NCBI GenBank assembly: GCA_963782055.1
Contig: CAWAIF010000003.1
Coordinates: 4,512,001-4,576,000, forward strand
DNA: 64,000 nucleotides
Direction of reading: 5' to 3'
Source: an uncultured delta proteobacterium
GTDB taxonomy: Bacteria > Myxococcota_A > Polyangia > Polyangiales > Polyangiaceae
Shown: piece by piece, positions 19,287 to 27,962 of the stretch
Layout: each line of letters begins with the position of its first letter
Position numbering within the stretch: the first letter of the stretch is position 1
Made by a program: the position numbers and the translations under genes
Notes under the pieces: model-generated
What the model was told of the DNA's origin: nothing
Database searches by the model: none
The model's input: the letters and a program-made list of their open reading frames with translations, nothing else

Positions 19287-19976
19287 GTGAGCAGCGGCGG
19301 CACCCGCGTGATCGTCAAGGCCCTCGTCGGGCTGGTAGAGCTCGTCGTCGTGCTCGCGGTCGCCATCTTCATGTCGGCGGGCTCGGTGCATTACGTCGAG
19401 GGCTGGGTCTTCCTGGGCGTCTTCTCCGGCTCCTCCCTCGCCATCACCCTCTGGCTGATGAGGAAGGACCCGGCGCTGCTGGAGCGCCGCACGCAGGCGG
19501 GCCCCGCGGCGGAGAAGGAGCGCGGCCAGAAGGTCATCCAGGGCTTCGCGAGCCTGGCGTTCATGGGCACGGTGGTCGTCCCCTCGCTCGATCACCGCCT
19601 CGGCTGGTCGCGCGTCCCCCTCGTCGCCGTCGTGGCCGGCGACGCGCTCGTCGCGGTCGGCTTCGTGCTCGTCTTCCTCGTCTTCCGGCAGAACACCTTC
19701 ACCTCCGCGGTGATCGAGGTGGCCGACGCGCAGCGGGTGGTCGACACCGGCCCCTACGCGGTGGTGCGCCACCCGATGTACGCCGGCGCGCTGGTCCTGC
19801 TCGCCGGCATCCCCCTCGCGCTGGGCTCGCTCGTCGGGCTGGTCACGCTCCCGCCGTTCGGCGCGGTGCTCGTGTGGCGCCTGCTGGCCGAGGAGCGGTT
19901 TCTCACCGAGCACCTCCCCGGCTACGAGGCGTACCGCAAGAAGACTCGCTACCGGTTGATCCCGCACGTGTGGTGA
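19287..19976 (+). CDS. Isoprenylcysteine carboxyl methyltransferase-family membrane protein
   Basis: VVDTGPYAVVRHPMY and EERFL...LPGYEAY...RYRLIP. Confidence 0.92.
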   Translation: MSSGGTRVIVKALVGLVELVVVLAVAIFMSAGSVHYVEGWVFLGVFSGSSLAITLWLMRKDPALLERRTQAGPAAEKERGQKVIQGFASLAFMGTVVVPSLDHRLGWSRVPLVAVVAGDALVAVGFVLVFLVFRQNTFTSAVIEVADAQRVVDTGPYAVVRHPMYAGALVLLAGIPLALGSLVGLVTLPPFGAVLVWRLLAEERFLTEHLPGYEAYRKKTRYRLIPHVW

Positions 19977-20041
19977 GCGGCGCGGCCGCGGGGTGGGCCG
20001 ACGCACGACGGGCAGGATCGGACCATCGACGACGGACCCAC

Positions 20042-20095
20042 GCACCTCGCCTACGCAGCCGACGGATCGACCTAAAGCCAGTCCGGATCGACCTA
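20042..20095 (+). repeat. Degenerate 21-bp-period tandem repeat
   Basis: CGGATCGACCTA at 20063 and 20084; a weaker unit ends in CCTA at 20050-20053. Confidence 0.5.
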
Positions 20096-20109
20096 CGGGG
20101 CGTGCTCGC

Positions 20110-20220
20110 ACCCCCAACGGCATCTGCTCGGGGATCGCCGGTGGCCAGAGCCCGACCGGCGTCGCGACGGACGGCATCCACGTGTACTGGGCAAGTGACG
20201 TCGCCGGCGCCGGGCTCGTG
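20110..20220 (+). pseudogene. Fragment of a myxobacterial beta-propeller gene (one blade)
   Basis: Reads IAGGQSPTGVATDGIHVYWASD, similar to the blades of the 52140 lipoprotein (DIAADPKAVYW). Confidence 0.45.
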
Positions 20221-20246
20221 GGCGGCGGGCGTTCGCAGCGCGTGCC

Positions 20247-21566
20247 TCACCCGTCCTTCTCCCTTCCCCCGTCGCCTGCCGCCACCCACTCCACCGCGGG
20301 ATCGTAGTCCGGATCGGGCGGCTCCTGCGGCGGACGCTCCTCCTCCGGGACGTGGCGCAGGTTCACGCGCACCCGCGTCCAGGTCTTGAAGCGGCCGCGC
20401 ATGGCGTCGACCATCACGTCCTCCGGCGTGAGGCACGCGGCGGCGCGCGGGTGGCGCTCCTTCCACTGCTCCAGGCCCGCCAGCGCCGGCTCCTTGTCCG
20501 GCGACTGCGACACCACCACCAGCGGGTTCTTCGCCCGGCGCACCGCGGTCTTCGTCGGCGCGTCCTTCTTCGCGCGTGAGGGCGCCACGCGTGGCGGCTC
20601 GCCCGCCTGCTTGGCGTAGTGCGGGGGCCAGGGTGCGTCCCCCTGCCCTTCCCGCTTCTGCTTCTCGGCGAGCTCCAGCAGCTCCTCCAGCGAGCCCGGC
20701 GCCTCGTCGATGCCCCGGTGCGCGTCGCCGCTCGCGGCGAAGAGCTTGGGCACCGTCGCCAGCGTGAACTCCGCGGGATCGCACGTCTCCAGCACCTCCC
20801 AGGTGACCGGCATGGAGACGCGCGCGTCCTGGGTAGGCCGCACCGAGTAGGCGCTCGCGACCGTGCGGTCCTTGGCGTTCTGGTTGTAGTCGATGAAGAC
20901 GCCGTGCCGCTCCTCCTTCCACCACTTGCTGGTGGCGATCTTGGGCGCGCGCCGCTCCACCTCCCGCGCGAGCGCGACCGCCGCGCCGCGCACCTGGCTG
21001 AAGCCCCAGCGCGGATGCGTGCGCACGTAGACGTGGATCCCGCGCGAGCCGCTGGTCTTCGGCCAGCCCACCAGCCCGAGATCGGTGAGCACCTCCCGCA
21101 CCACCAGCGCGACCTCCACGATCTGCCGCCACACCACGCCGGGCATCGGGTCCAGGTCCACGCGCAGCTCGTCGGGGTGGTCCAGATCGCTCGCGCGCAC
21201 CGGGTGCGGGTTGAGGTCCAGACATCCGAGGTTGGCCACCCACACCAGACCTGCCGCGTCGTCCAGCACCACCTCGTCGGCGGTGCGTCCGGAGGGAAAG
21301 CTGAGCGTCGCCGTGCGCACGAAGTCCGGCCGGCCCTGCGGCGCGCGCTTCTGGAAGAAGGGCGCCTGCGCCGCGCCGTTGACGTAGCGCTTGAGCGCCA
21401 TCGGCCGCGCGCGCACGCCGCGCAGCGCGCCGTCGGCGACGGCGAGGTAGTAGCGCACCAGATCCAGCTTGGTGTGACCGGCGGCGGGGAAGTAGATCTT
21501 GCGCGGGTTGGTGACCACCACCTCGCGCCCTCCGACCTCCAGGACCTCTCTCTCCTTCTCCGCCAT
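20247..21566 (-). CDS. Stand-alone LigD polymerase-domain primase-polymerase (Prim-PolC-like) with C-terminal extension
   Basis: FFQKRAP, PDELRVDLDP, KTSGSRGIH, FIDYNQN and SAYSVRP AEP motifs; ATG 21566. Confidence 0.93.
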   Translation of the reverse strand: MAEKEREVLEVGGREVVVTNPRKIYFPAAGHTKLDLVRYYLAVADGALRGVRARPMALKRYVNGAAQAPFFQKRAPQGRPDFVRTATLSFPSGRTADEVVLDDAAGLVWVANLGCLDLNPHPVRASDLDHPDELRVDLDPMPGVVWRQIVEVALVVREVLTDLGLVGWPKTSGSRGIHVYVRTHPRWGFSQVRGAAVALAREVERRAPKIATSKWWKEERHGVFIDYNQNAKDRTVASAYSVRPTQDARVSMPVTWEVLETCDPAEFTLATVPKLFAASGDAHRGIDEAPGSLEELLELAEKQKREGQGDAPWPPHYAKQAGEPPRVAPSRAKKDAPTKTAVRRAKNPLVVVSQSPDKEPALAGLEQWKERHPRAAACLTPEDVMVDAMRGRFKTWTRVRVNLRHVPEEERPPQEPPDPDYDPAVEWVAAGDGGREKDG

Positions 21567-21623
21567 GACGGCCCCATGGTAGCGCTGGCCCGGCGGGGCG
21601 TGCTCCGCGATAATGGGCGGGCC

Positions 21624-22997
21624 ATGCCGGAGCCCGGGTCGGAAGAGGCCGATCGCGCCGCGCGCCGGCACGTGACCAAGGTCGAGCGCGTGACGCGGCA
21701 GCTCCGCGAGCGCAAGGGCACCACGCCGGTCTCGCTGCGCAAGAAGGCGGTGGCCCACCAGGTCCCGAAGCCACACGACAAGCGCTACACCGACGACAAG
21801 ATCGACGTCTCCGACCTGGACGAGATCCTGGAGATCGATCCGGTCGCGATGACCTGCACCGCCGAGTCGGGCGTCACCTTCGAGGCGCTGGTCGACGCCA
21901 CGATGCGGCACGGCCTCGTCCCCATCGTGGTGCCCGAGCTCAAGACCATCACGGTGGGCGGCGCCGTCTCCGGCTGCTCGCTGGAGTCCATGTCCTTCCG
22001 CCACGGGGGCTTCCACGACACCTGCCTGGAGTACGAGGTCGTCACCGCGAAGGGCGACGTGCTCCGCTGCACGCCCGACAACGAGCACGCGCTCGTCTTC
22101 CAGATGATCCATGGCTCCTTCGGCACGCTGGGCGTGCTGTCGAAGCTCACCTTCCGGCTGGTCGCTGCGAAGCCCTTCGTCCACGTCCGCTACGAGAAGC
22201 ACGCGACGCTGGACGGGTACCTCGCCGCCATTGACCGGCACTTCCGCGCGGCGGACGTGGACTTCATGGATGGCATCATCCACTCGCCCTCTGAGCACGT
22301 CCTCAGCCTGGGCACCTTCGTCGGCGACGCGCCGTACACGCACCGCTACGACTGGCTGCGCGTCTACTACCAGAGCACCGCGCGCCGCACCGAGGATTAC
22401 CTGCGCACGCCGGACTACCTCTTCCGCTACGACAACGGCGTCACCAACGTGAACCCGAAGTCGGCCGTCGGGCGGCTGCTCTTCGGCAAGTTGCTCCACT
22501 CTGCACAGATCTTGCGGCTCGCCGAGAAGCTGCACGCCCTGCTGCCCGCCGAGCGGCCGGCGGTCACGGTGGACCTGTTTCTCCCCGTCTCGCGCGTCCC
22601 CGACTTCATGCAGTGGTACCGGGAGACGATCGGCTTCTTCCCGCTCTGGTGCGTGCCCTACCGCCGCGTGCGCGACTACGAGTGGATCGCGCCCGCCTTC
22701 TTCGCCCCTCTACGGGACGAGCTCTTCCTGGACCTGGCGATCTACGGCCTGAAGCAGCCGCCGGGGCGCAACCTGTACGTCGAGATCGAGGAGGAGCTTC
22801 GCCGGGTGAACGGGCTGAAGACACTCATCTCGTACAACCACTACGACGAAGACGTCTTCTGGACGATCTTCAACCGCCCCAACTACGCCGCGGTGAAGAA
22901 GGTCACCGACCCCGACAACCTCTTTCGCGATCTGTACTCCAAGACGTGCCGGGCGCCTCTCGGGCTGCCGGACGCGAAGTGGGAGCCGGACGGCTGA
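21624..22997 (+). CDS. FAD-binding oxidoreductase, DHCR24/BfaA(TmsA)-like
   Basis: LVPIVVPELKTITVGGAVSG.SLESMSFRHG, GSFGTLG and C-terminal DPDNLFRDLYSK. Confidence 0.88.
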   Translation: MPEPGSEEADRAARRHVTKVERVTRQLRERKGTTPVSLRKKAVAHQVPKPHDKRYTDDKIDVSDLDEILEIDPVAMTCTAESGVTFEALVDATMRHGLVPIVVPELKTITVGGAVSGCSLESMSFRHGGFHDTCLEYEVVTAKGDVLRCTPDNEHALVFQMIHGSFGTLGVLSKLTFRLVAAKPFVHVRYEKHATLDGYLAAIDRHFRAADVDFMDGIIHSPSEHVLSLGTFVGDAPYTHRYDWLRVYYQSTARRTEDYLRTPDYLFRYDNGVTNVNPKSAVGRLLFGKLLHSAQILRLAEKLHALLPAERPAVTVDLFLPVSRVPDFMQWYRETIGFFPLWCVPYRRVRDYEWIAPAFFAPLRDELFLDLAIYGLKQPPGRNLYVEIEEELRRVNGLKTLISYNHYDEDVFWTIFNRPNYAAVKKVTDPDNLFRDLYSKTCRAPLGLPDAKWEPDG

Positions 22998-23003
22998 AAC
23001 AGG

Positions 23004-23453
23004 TCAGCGCATCTCGATCGTGGGGAGGGTGATCGTCTGCGACGAGGAGGCCGCGGAGGCAGAAGCCGTCGGCTGCGGCGCGGCTGCGACGGGCGCGCTG
23101 GCCGAGGGTGCCGCGGAGGGGGGCGCGGCGGCGGAGGAGCCGCGGGCGCGCAGGCCGACCTTCAGCCCGCCGGCGACCGCCACGACGAGCAGCACAAGGA
23201 AGACGACCACCTTGATCGCCGAGCGCGACGACGCGGGCGCGGGCGTCGGCGCGGGGGCCGGCGCGGGGGCCGGCTCCGACGCCGCGGGCGACCCCGTGGC
23301 GGTGGGGGCGGCGAAGCCCGGGGGCAGCGGGGGCGGCACCTTGCGCGCGTGCCCGGAGGAGGCGGGGCCCTCTCCCAGATCGATGCCCTCCAGCCCCTCA
23401 ATCTGATCGAGCTGGATCGTCGCGTTGGGGTTGGGCTTGTCGGCGTCGCTCAT
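23004..23453 (-). CDS. Small Pro/Ala-rich bitopic membrane protein
   Basis: Single TM (VVVFLVLLVVAVAGG) flanked by low-complexity regions; ATG 23453. Confidence 0.7.
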   Translation of the reverse strand: MSDADKPNPNATIQLDQIEGLEGIDLGEGPASSGHARKVPPPLPPGFAAPTATGSPAASEPAPAPAPAPTPAPASSRSAIKVVVFLVLLVVAVAGGLKVGLRARGSSAAAPPSAAPSASAPVAAAPQPTASASAASSSQTITLPTIEMR

Positions 23454-23570
23454 GGGGACCGCGCTTCCCGCAGTGGACCACACCGCGGCCGCAAGTCAAC
23501 GCGGTATGCGGTCCCGGCGGGACGCCGCCCTTGCGCGCAGCGCTGCTTCGGTTACAAGCACGGCCAGAAC

Positions 23571-24797
23571 ATGGCTCAGACGTCGTTCCCCAAGGAAAAG
23601 ATCAAGGTCCTGCTGCTCGAGGGCATCCACCCCGGCGCCAAGGCGCTCTTCGAGAAGGAGACCTTCCAGGTCGAGCTGCTCAAGGGCTCGCTCCCGCCGG
23701 AGGAGCTGCGCGAGCGCATCGCCGATGTCCACATGATCGGCATCCGCAGCAAGACGCACGTCGACGCGCAGGCGCTCGCCGCGGCGAAGCGCCTGCTCAC
23801 CATCGGGTGCTTCTGCATCGGCACCAACCAGGTGGACCTCGCCGCCGCCAACGCGGCGGGCGTCCCCGTCTTCAACGCGCCCTTCTCCAACACCCGCAGC
23901 GTGGCGGAGCTCATCATCTCCGACGTCGTGGCCCTGGCGCGGCAGATCGGCGACCGCTCGCGCGAGGTGCACGAGGGCAAGTGGAACAAGGTCTCGACGG
24001 GCTGCTACGAGGTGCGCGGCAAGACGCTCGGCATCATCGGCTACGGGCACATCGGCTCGCAGGTGGGCGTGCTCGCCGAGGCGATGGGCATGCGCGTCAT
24101 CTTCTACGACATCGTGTCCAAGCTCGCGATGGGCAACACACGCCCCACGCCCTCGCTCGGCGAGCTGCTCGCGGAGAGCGACTTCGTCACCCTCCACGTG
24201 CCCGCCACCAAGGAGACGCAGGGGATGATCGGCGCGGTGGAGCTCGCCGGGATGCGGAAGGGCAGCTACCTGCTCAACCTCAGCCGCGGCAACGTCGTGC
24301 AGATCCCCGCGCTGGCCGAGGCGCTGCGCGCCGGGCACCTGGCCGGCGCGGCGGTCGATGTCTACCCGAAGGAGCCGCGAACCAACTCCGAGGGCTTCGA
24401 GACCGAGCTGCAGGGCCTCCCCAACGTCATCCTCACTCCGCACATCGGCGGGTCCACGGAGGAGGCGCAGGAGGCGATCGGCCAGGAGGTGGCGACCGCC
24501 CTCGTCAAGTTCACCAACTCCGGGGCGACGGCCGGCGCGGTCAACTTCCCACAGGTGGACGTGCCGCCGGCGCGCGGGACGCACCGGATCCTGAACACGC
24601 ACAAGAACGTGCCGGGTGTCCTCGGCGCGGTGAACCGCATCGTCAGCGACCTGGGCGCCAACATCCGCTCGCAGGTCCTGGCGACGGACCCGAGCGTCGG
24701 CTACCTGGTGATGGACCTGGAGCAGGACGTGTCCAACGACGTCGCCAGGGCGATCGCCGCGCTCCCGCAGAACATCCGCACGCGCATCCTGTACTGA
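23571..24797 (+). CDS. serA: D-3-phosphoglycerate dehydrogenase
   Basis: GIRSKT, CFCIGTNQ, NAPFSNTRSVAE, GYGHIG, TPHIGGSTEEAQ, C-terminal ACT domain. Confidence 0.97.
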   Translation: MAQTSFPKEKIKVLLLEGIHPGAKALFEKETFQVELLKGSLPPEELRERIADVHMIGIRSKTHVDAQALAAAKRLLTIGCFCIGTNQVDLAAANAAGVPVFNAPFSNTRSVAELIISDVVALARQIGDRSREVHEGKWNKVSTGCYEVRGKTLGIIGYGHIGSQVGVLAEAMGMRVIFYDIVSKLAMGNTRPTPSLGELLAESDFVTLHVPATKETQGMIGAVELAGMRKGSYLLNLSRGNVVQIPALAEALRAGHLAGAAVDVYPKEPRTNSEGFETELQGLPNVILTPHIGGSTEEAQEAIGQEVATALVKFTNSGATAGAVNFPQVDVPPARGTHRILNTHKNVPGVLGAVNRIVSDLGANIRSQVLATDPSVGYLVMDLEQDVSNDVARAIAALPQNIRTRILY

Positions 24798-24802
24798 CGT
24801 CT

Positions 24803-26119
24803 TCAGAGCCTGAGCGTCACCGCGAAGATGGCGCGGTCGTCGTGCTTCGCCAGGTCGGGGGTGAAGGGTCCGGGGTTGTCCGCGGAGACGGGCTTGCCGC
24901 CGGGCCCGGTGATGCCGCCCGGGCCGGAGAAGAGCGGCACGTTCGCCTCGCGGTGCATGTACTCCAGGCGCACCAGCAGCCACGGGCTCGGGCGGTAGTC
25001 GAGCGTGGCGGTGACGCCGCCGCCGCGGAAGGTGCTCGTCGTGTCTGGCCGGGCGTAGCCGCTCGGCAGGGAGGGGACGAGCACCTGTCCCTCGTCCAGG
25101 TAGGCGTCGCCGCGCACGGCGAGGAAGACGTTGCCGACGAAGCCGATGCGGTGCGAGAGCGCCACGCCCCCGCGCCAGCCGCCGGGACGTACCGTCAGGT
25201 GCTCGTAGCCCAGGTCGGCGATGGCGCACACCGCCAGGCTGCGCACGAAGCCGTGGGAGGCGGCGAAGTACTCCACCTGCGCCGAGTTGTCGGTGAACCA
25301 GCGCAGCGACTGATCGTCGTCGGGCACGTCCTGCCCGAGGTAGGCGTCGTGGGTGAGGGAGAGGCGCCCCGTCGGACGCCACGTCACGGCGTAGCCGCCC
25401 GCGCCCGCCTCGTGCCACTGCCCGAAGGTCTGCCAGCCGTCCACCATCCACGCCTCCACGTCCACGTGCGGCGTCGGGTAGAGGCGCGCCACCGCGCCCG
25501 CCATGTAGAAGGGCGTCGCGTCGGCGAGGAAGGAGTGGAAGTAGTGCCAGTTCTCCTGCGTGAGGTAGCTCTCCGCGCCGATGTACGAGGAGAGCACGCC
25601 CGCCTCCAGCTCCAGGCCGTGCAGGAAGTGGAAATGCCAGCCCGCCGAGGCCGCGCGGATCGCCTGGAAGCCGGACTGCGAGAGGAAGTAGCCGCGGCCG
25701 AAGGTGGAGTCGGACCCGGCGGTGGTCTCGGCGCTCGAGCCGTACTGGAGCGCGAGCTGACCGATGGGCCCGCCGCTGGACGTGTCGATCGCGTTGGCCG
25801 GGAGGGTCACGCCGATGCTCGCCAGGTTGAGCCCGGCCTCGTTGAAGCGCGGCGCGACCGACGAGGGGAACGCGGTGTGGTCGACGGGCTGCGCGAAGGC
25901 CCAGAGAAAGTACGTGTCGACGTAGAGCGAGCCCGTCACCGGCCCGAGCTTGAGCAGCGACTCCGGCTGGTCGTTCTGTCCGTTCATCCACCCGAAGTCG
26001 GCGAAGGCGAAGGGGGCCTCGGCGACGTCGTCGGGAGCTGGCCGGCGCGCGCGGCCGCCCGCCCTGGCCGTGCCGGGCCACGCGAGCGCCGCGCACAAGA
26101 GGAGCGGGGTGATGCGCAC
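24803..26119 (-). CDS. Outer-membrane beta-barrel (putative porin, BBP2-like)
   Basis: Signal peptide, alternating aromatic strands, SYIGAESY..QENWHY..S...DATPFY; GTG 26119. Confidence 0.82.
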   Translation of the reverse strand: MRITPLLLCAALAWPGTARAGGRARRPAPDDVAEAPFAFADFGWMNGQNDQPESLLKLGPVTGSLYVDTYFLWAFAQPVDHTAFPSSVAPRFNEAGLNLASIGVTLPANAIDTSSGGPIGQLALQYGSSAETTAGSDSTFGRGYFLSQSGFQAIRAASAGWHFHFLHGLELEAGVLSSYIGAESYLTQENWHYFHSFLADATPFYMAGAVARLYPTPHVDVEAWMVDGWQTFGQWHEAGAGGYAVTWRPTGRLSLTHDAYLGQDVPDDDQSLRWFTDNSAQVEYFAASHGFVRSLAVCAIADLGYEHLTVRPGGWRGGVALSHRIGFVGNVFLAVRGDAYLDEGQVLVPSLPSGYARPDTTSTFRGGGVTATLDYRPSPWLLVRLEYMHREANVPLFSGPGGITGPGGKPVSADNPGPFTPDLAKHDDRAIFAVTLRL

Positions 26120-26266
26120 GGGCGCGAGCCTACCGCAGTGGCGGGCGCGTGGCCCAGTCCGGAGCGCGCGGTGGCGCACCACGTGCGCGACGCGCAAGGC
26201 GACAGTCTGGCGCATAGGCGGCGCGGGTCCTTGACTCGCCGTGTGAGCGACACCAACGGATCTCGC

Positions 26267-26977
26267 ATGAAGACGATCACACGCTCCGCCTCGCTCGCGA
26301 CGGTCCTCGTCGCGCTCGCCGTCCCGGCGCTCACCTCGGCGTGCGCGTCGAGCAACCCTCCGCCCATGACGCCCGCGAGCGCCACGTCGCCCGAGCAGAA
26401 GCTCGTCAACGACGCGGCCGACGCCGTCCGCGCCATGCGCGGCGACGCCGCGTTCAAGGGCGTGGACGACTACCTCGCCCGTGCGCGAGGGGTGCTGATC
26501 TTCCCCCACCTGCGCAAGGCCGGCCTCATCCTGGGCGGCGAGGGCGGCACCGGCGTCCTGCTCGCCCGCACCGACGGTGGGTGGAGCGCGCCGGCCTTCT
26601 ACCGGCTCGCCGCGGGGAGCGCAGGCCTGCAGATCGGCTACGAGGAGTCGACCGTCATCCTCGCGATCATGACGAAGTCGGCGCTCGACGACGCCATCAA
26701 GGGCGGGCTGACGCTGGGCGCCGACGCGACGCTCGCGGCGGGCACGGTAGGCGCGTCGTCGGCCACCGCCGCGACGTCACCGGCGGCGGACGTGGTCCAG
26801 TTCGTCGACGCCTCCGGCGTGTTCGCCGGCGCCTCCCTGAGCGGCGCGGTGATCAGCGTCCGCACCAAGTACAACCAGGCGTACTACGGGGCCGCGGCCA
26901 CGCCGCGCGCCATCGTGCTGGATGGCCGCTTCACACAGGCGACCGCCGACCCCCTGCGCCACGCCCTGCCCGAGTGA
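26267..26977 (+). CDS. SYLF (Ysc84) lipid-binding domain lipoprotein
   Basis: Lipobox TSAC; KAGLILGGEGGTGVL...WSAPAF...GLQIG...GVFAGASLSG. Confidence 0.92.
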   Translation: MKTITRSASLATVLVALAVPALTSACASSNPPPMTPASATSPEQKLVNDAADAVRAMRGDAAFKGVDDYLARARGVLIFPHLRKAGLILGGEGGTGVLLARTDGGWSAPAFYRLAAGSAGLQIGYEESTVILAIMTKSALDDAIKGGLTLGADATLAAGTVGASSATAATSPAADVVQFVDASGVFAGASLSGAVISVRTKYNQAYYGAAATPRAIVLDGRFTQATADPLRHALPE

Positions 26978-27274
26978 GCGGGCCGGCGCGCGATCGCGCG
27001 CGATCGTTGCGATGCTCGCGATGAGAAGGCCGGGCGTCGCGGGGCGCCGCGCAGGAGGCACGTGCATCGGACCAATGCCAGCCCCGCGCGGTCTCGTGGA
27101 CGCACGGTGTGGCAGGTCTCCACACGAGCGCAAACTTGTCGTCGCCATGGGACGGGCGGACCCTCTGCACCACGACCCCGCGCCGGATGAGGCGCCCACG
27201 AGCCTGCTCCACCGTCCGCGGCGACGCCCGGGGTGATGGAGACTTGATCCACCGCCGTCGAGGCGCTTCCACAT

Positions 27275-27290
27275 GCACTTATCGAAGTGC
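27275..27290. promoter_or_regulatory. Inverted repeat, candidate enhancer-binding-protein site
   Basis: GCACTT-ATCG-AAGTGC ~100 bp upstream of the sigma54 motif at 27391. Confidence 0.4.
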
Positions 27291-27390
27291 GTGAGGTGAG
27301 AATGCTTGTATGGAGCAACTATTCGTGAAAATACGGGCCGTGCGCCGCCCGCCATCGGGGCGCGACCGCGCCGCCCCGCGCTCCGCACGC

Positions 27391-27406
27391 TGGCAAGCCG
27401 ATTGCA
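27391..27406 (+). promoter_or_regulatory. sigma54 -24/-12 promoter
   Basis: TGGCAAGCCGATTGCA, near-consensus; followed by an AGGAG RBS and ATG 27433. Confidence 0.75.
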
Positions 27407-27432
27407 ACGCGCACGCATCAGGAGAACTCGCC

Positions 27433-27759
27433 ATGACCGCTTCCACCGCTTCCCTTCCCACTTTCCAGGACGGTCTGAGCCGCAGGCAGCGCGCACTCGT
27501 CGCCCACGCCCTCTGCGTCCTCGCCGACGCGCAGAAGGCCCGACGTCTCATGACGCTGGACCTCGTCTGCCTCGAGCTCGGCGTGACCGACGTCCCGCCC
27601 GCGCGCGACGGCGTCCGCCTCCGCACCACCCGTCGCGAGGACGTGCGCTCCCTCCTCGCGTCGCTGGACGCCGAGGGCTACGTCGACGCCACCCGCATGC
27701 GCCTCACGCTGCCGGGGTTCGCCCTCGCCCAGAGCTTCGGCGCCAGCCGCGTCGGCTGA
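27433..27759 (+). CDS. Small hypothetical protein, winged-helix-like
   Basis: RBS; MTLDLVCLELGV...DVRSLLASLDAEGYVD...LTLPG resembles a wHTH. Confidence 0.7.
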   Translation: MTASTASLPTFQDGLSRRQRALVAHALCVLADAQKARRLMTLDLVCLELGVTDVPPARDGVRLRTTRREDVRSLLASLDAEGYVDATRMRLTLPGFALAQSFGASRVG

Positions 27760-27819
27760 CCGCCGGGCCATAGCTCCGCAGCGGCCCGCTCCGCGACCAG
27801 CACCGCCGCCGACCGCCAG

Positions 27820-27961
27820 CCCCCTGTCCCCCCTGTCCCCCCTCCCTGTCCCGGGACAGCCGCGTCCAATAGCCAGCGAGCTTGCAGTGCGACGTTTCCC
27901 CGGGAATTTGCGGAGGGGGGGTGGGGGGTGGGGGCGGCACGGGACGTGCTGTTGGGGGGGG
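27820..27961. repeat. C-tract repeats, a 14-bp palindrome and G-tracts (G-quadruplex-prone)
   Basis: (CCCCTGTC)-like repeats, CTGTCCCGGGACAG palindrome, G7TG6TG5, and G8 just before ATG 27963. Confidence 0.7.
27935..27950 (+). promoter_or_regulatory. sigma54 -24/-12 promoter
   Basis: CGGCACGGGACGTGCT (GG-N10-GC); predicted +1 near 27961. Confidence 0.5.
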
Positions 27962-27962
27962 C

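Noticed and set aside
20042..20095. Repeats considered as a CRISPR array
   Set aside because: Only 2-3 degenerate 21-bp units, no spacers and no cas genes
15901..21566. Classical NHEJ (Ku-LigD) locus
   Set aside because: No Ku and no phosphoesterase domain in the window; the ligase is LigC-type
20247..22997. Apparently overlapping 762-aa and 792-aa ORFs
   Set aside because: Both are upstream extensions; the real divergent starts are 21566 and 21624
23531..26977. 1148-aa ORF
   Set aside because: Only the last 236 aa (SYLF lipoprotein) are protein-like; the rest shadows serA and the porin
27466..27500. DGLSRRQR resembling the GyrA/ParC DGLKPxQRR motif
   Set aside because: Too short, and the rest of the protein is unrelated to topoisomerases
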